DNA of 64,000 nt, from assembly GCF_001194135.2 (NCBI RefSeq), contig NC_068993.1, forward strand, positions 45,249,964-45,313,963, in the 5' to 3' direction. Shown piece by piece: positions 63,906-64,000 of the stretch (the first letter of the stretch is position 1; each line of letters begins with the position of its first letter). The translations under genes and the position numbers were made by a program. The notes beneath the pieces are model-generated. The model had not been told where the DNA came from and searched no databases. It saw only the letters and a list, made by a program, of their open reading frames with translations. Origin of the DNA: Octopus bimaculoides. Taxonomy: Eukaryota.

Positions 63906-64000
63906 TATAGCAAATATAGATAGTTGCTATTATGTTAAAATGTCGTATATCCAAATTTGGCCAGTCAGGATTCGACTATTGTCTTCAGCAGTTTCACATA

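Overview
AT-rich eukaryotic genomic DNA from a draft short-read assembly with many N gaps, mostly flanked by (TA)n/(CA)n microsatellites. The SINE families and microsatellite density point to an octopus (coleoid cephalopod); this is inference. I find one intact protein-coding gene, on the + strand with two coding exons: join(39124..39172,39855..42769), 987 aa. It encodes a type I membrane mucin-like protein: signal peptide MTSATCSVVFVICILQCVTS, ~650-aa non-repetitive Ser/Thr/Pro-rich stalk, a two-Cys SEA-like domain, one TM helix and a 174-aa tail with NPxY. The ORF track's GTG start is intronic; the likely start is the small upstream exon at 39124. Upstream lie a near-perfect 214-bp inverted repeat (37807-38340) and a cluster of nuclear-receptor half-sites with a perfect DR4 (35742-35814). 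That cluster overlaps a minus-strand CAG|GTGAGT recursive-splice-like site. The rest is a transposon graveyard: RTE and CR1/L2-group LINE fragments, Penelope RT fragments, Tc1, mariner, Tigger/pogo and Chapaev remnants, Helentron-type elements, two or three tRNA-derived SINE families, several foldback/MITE structures and satellites. No rRNA, tRNA gene or CRISPR array is supported. All family assignments come from recognising motifs by eye; no database search was run, and TE boundaries are approximate.
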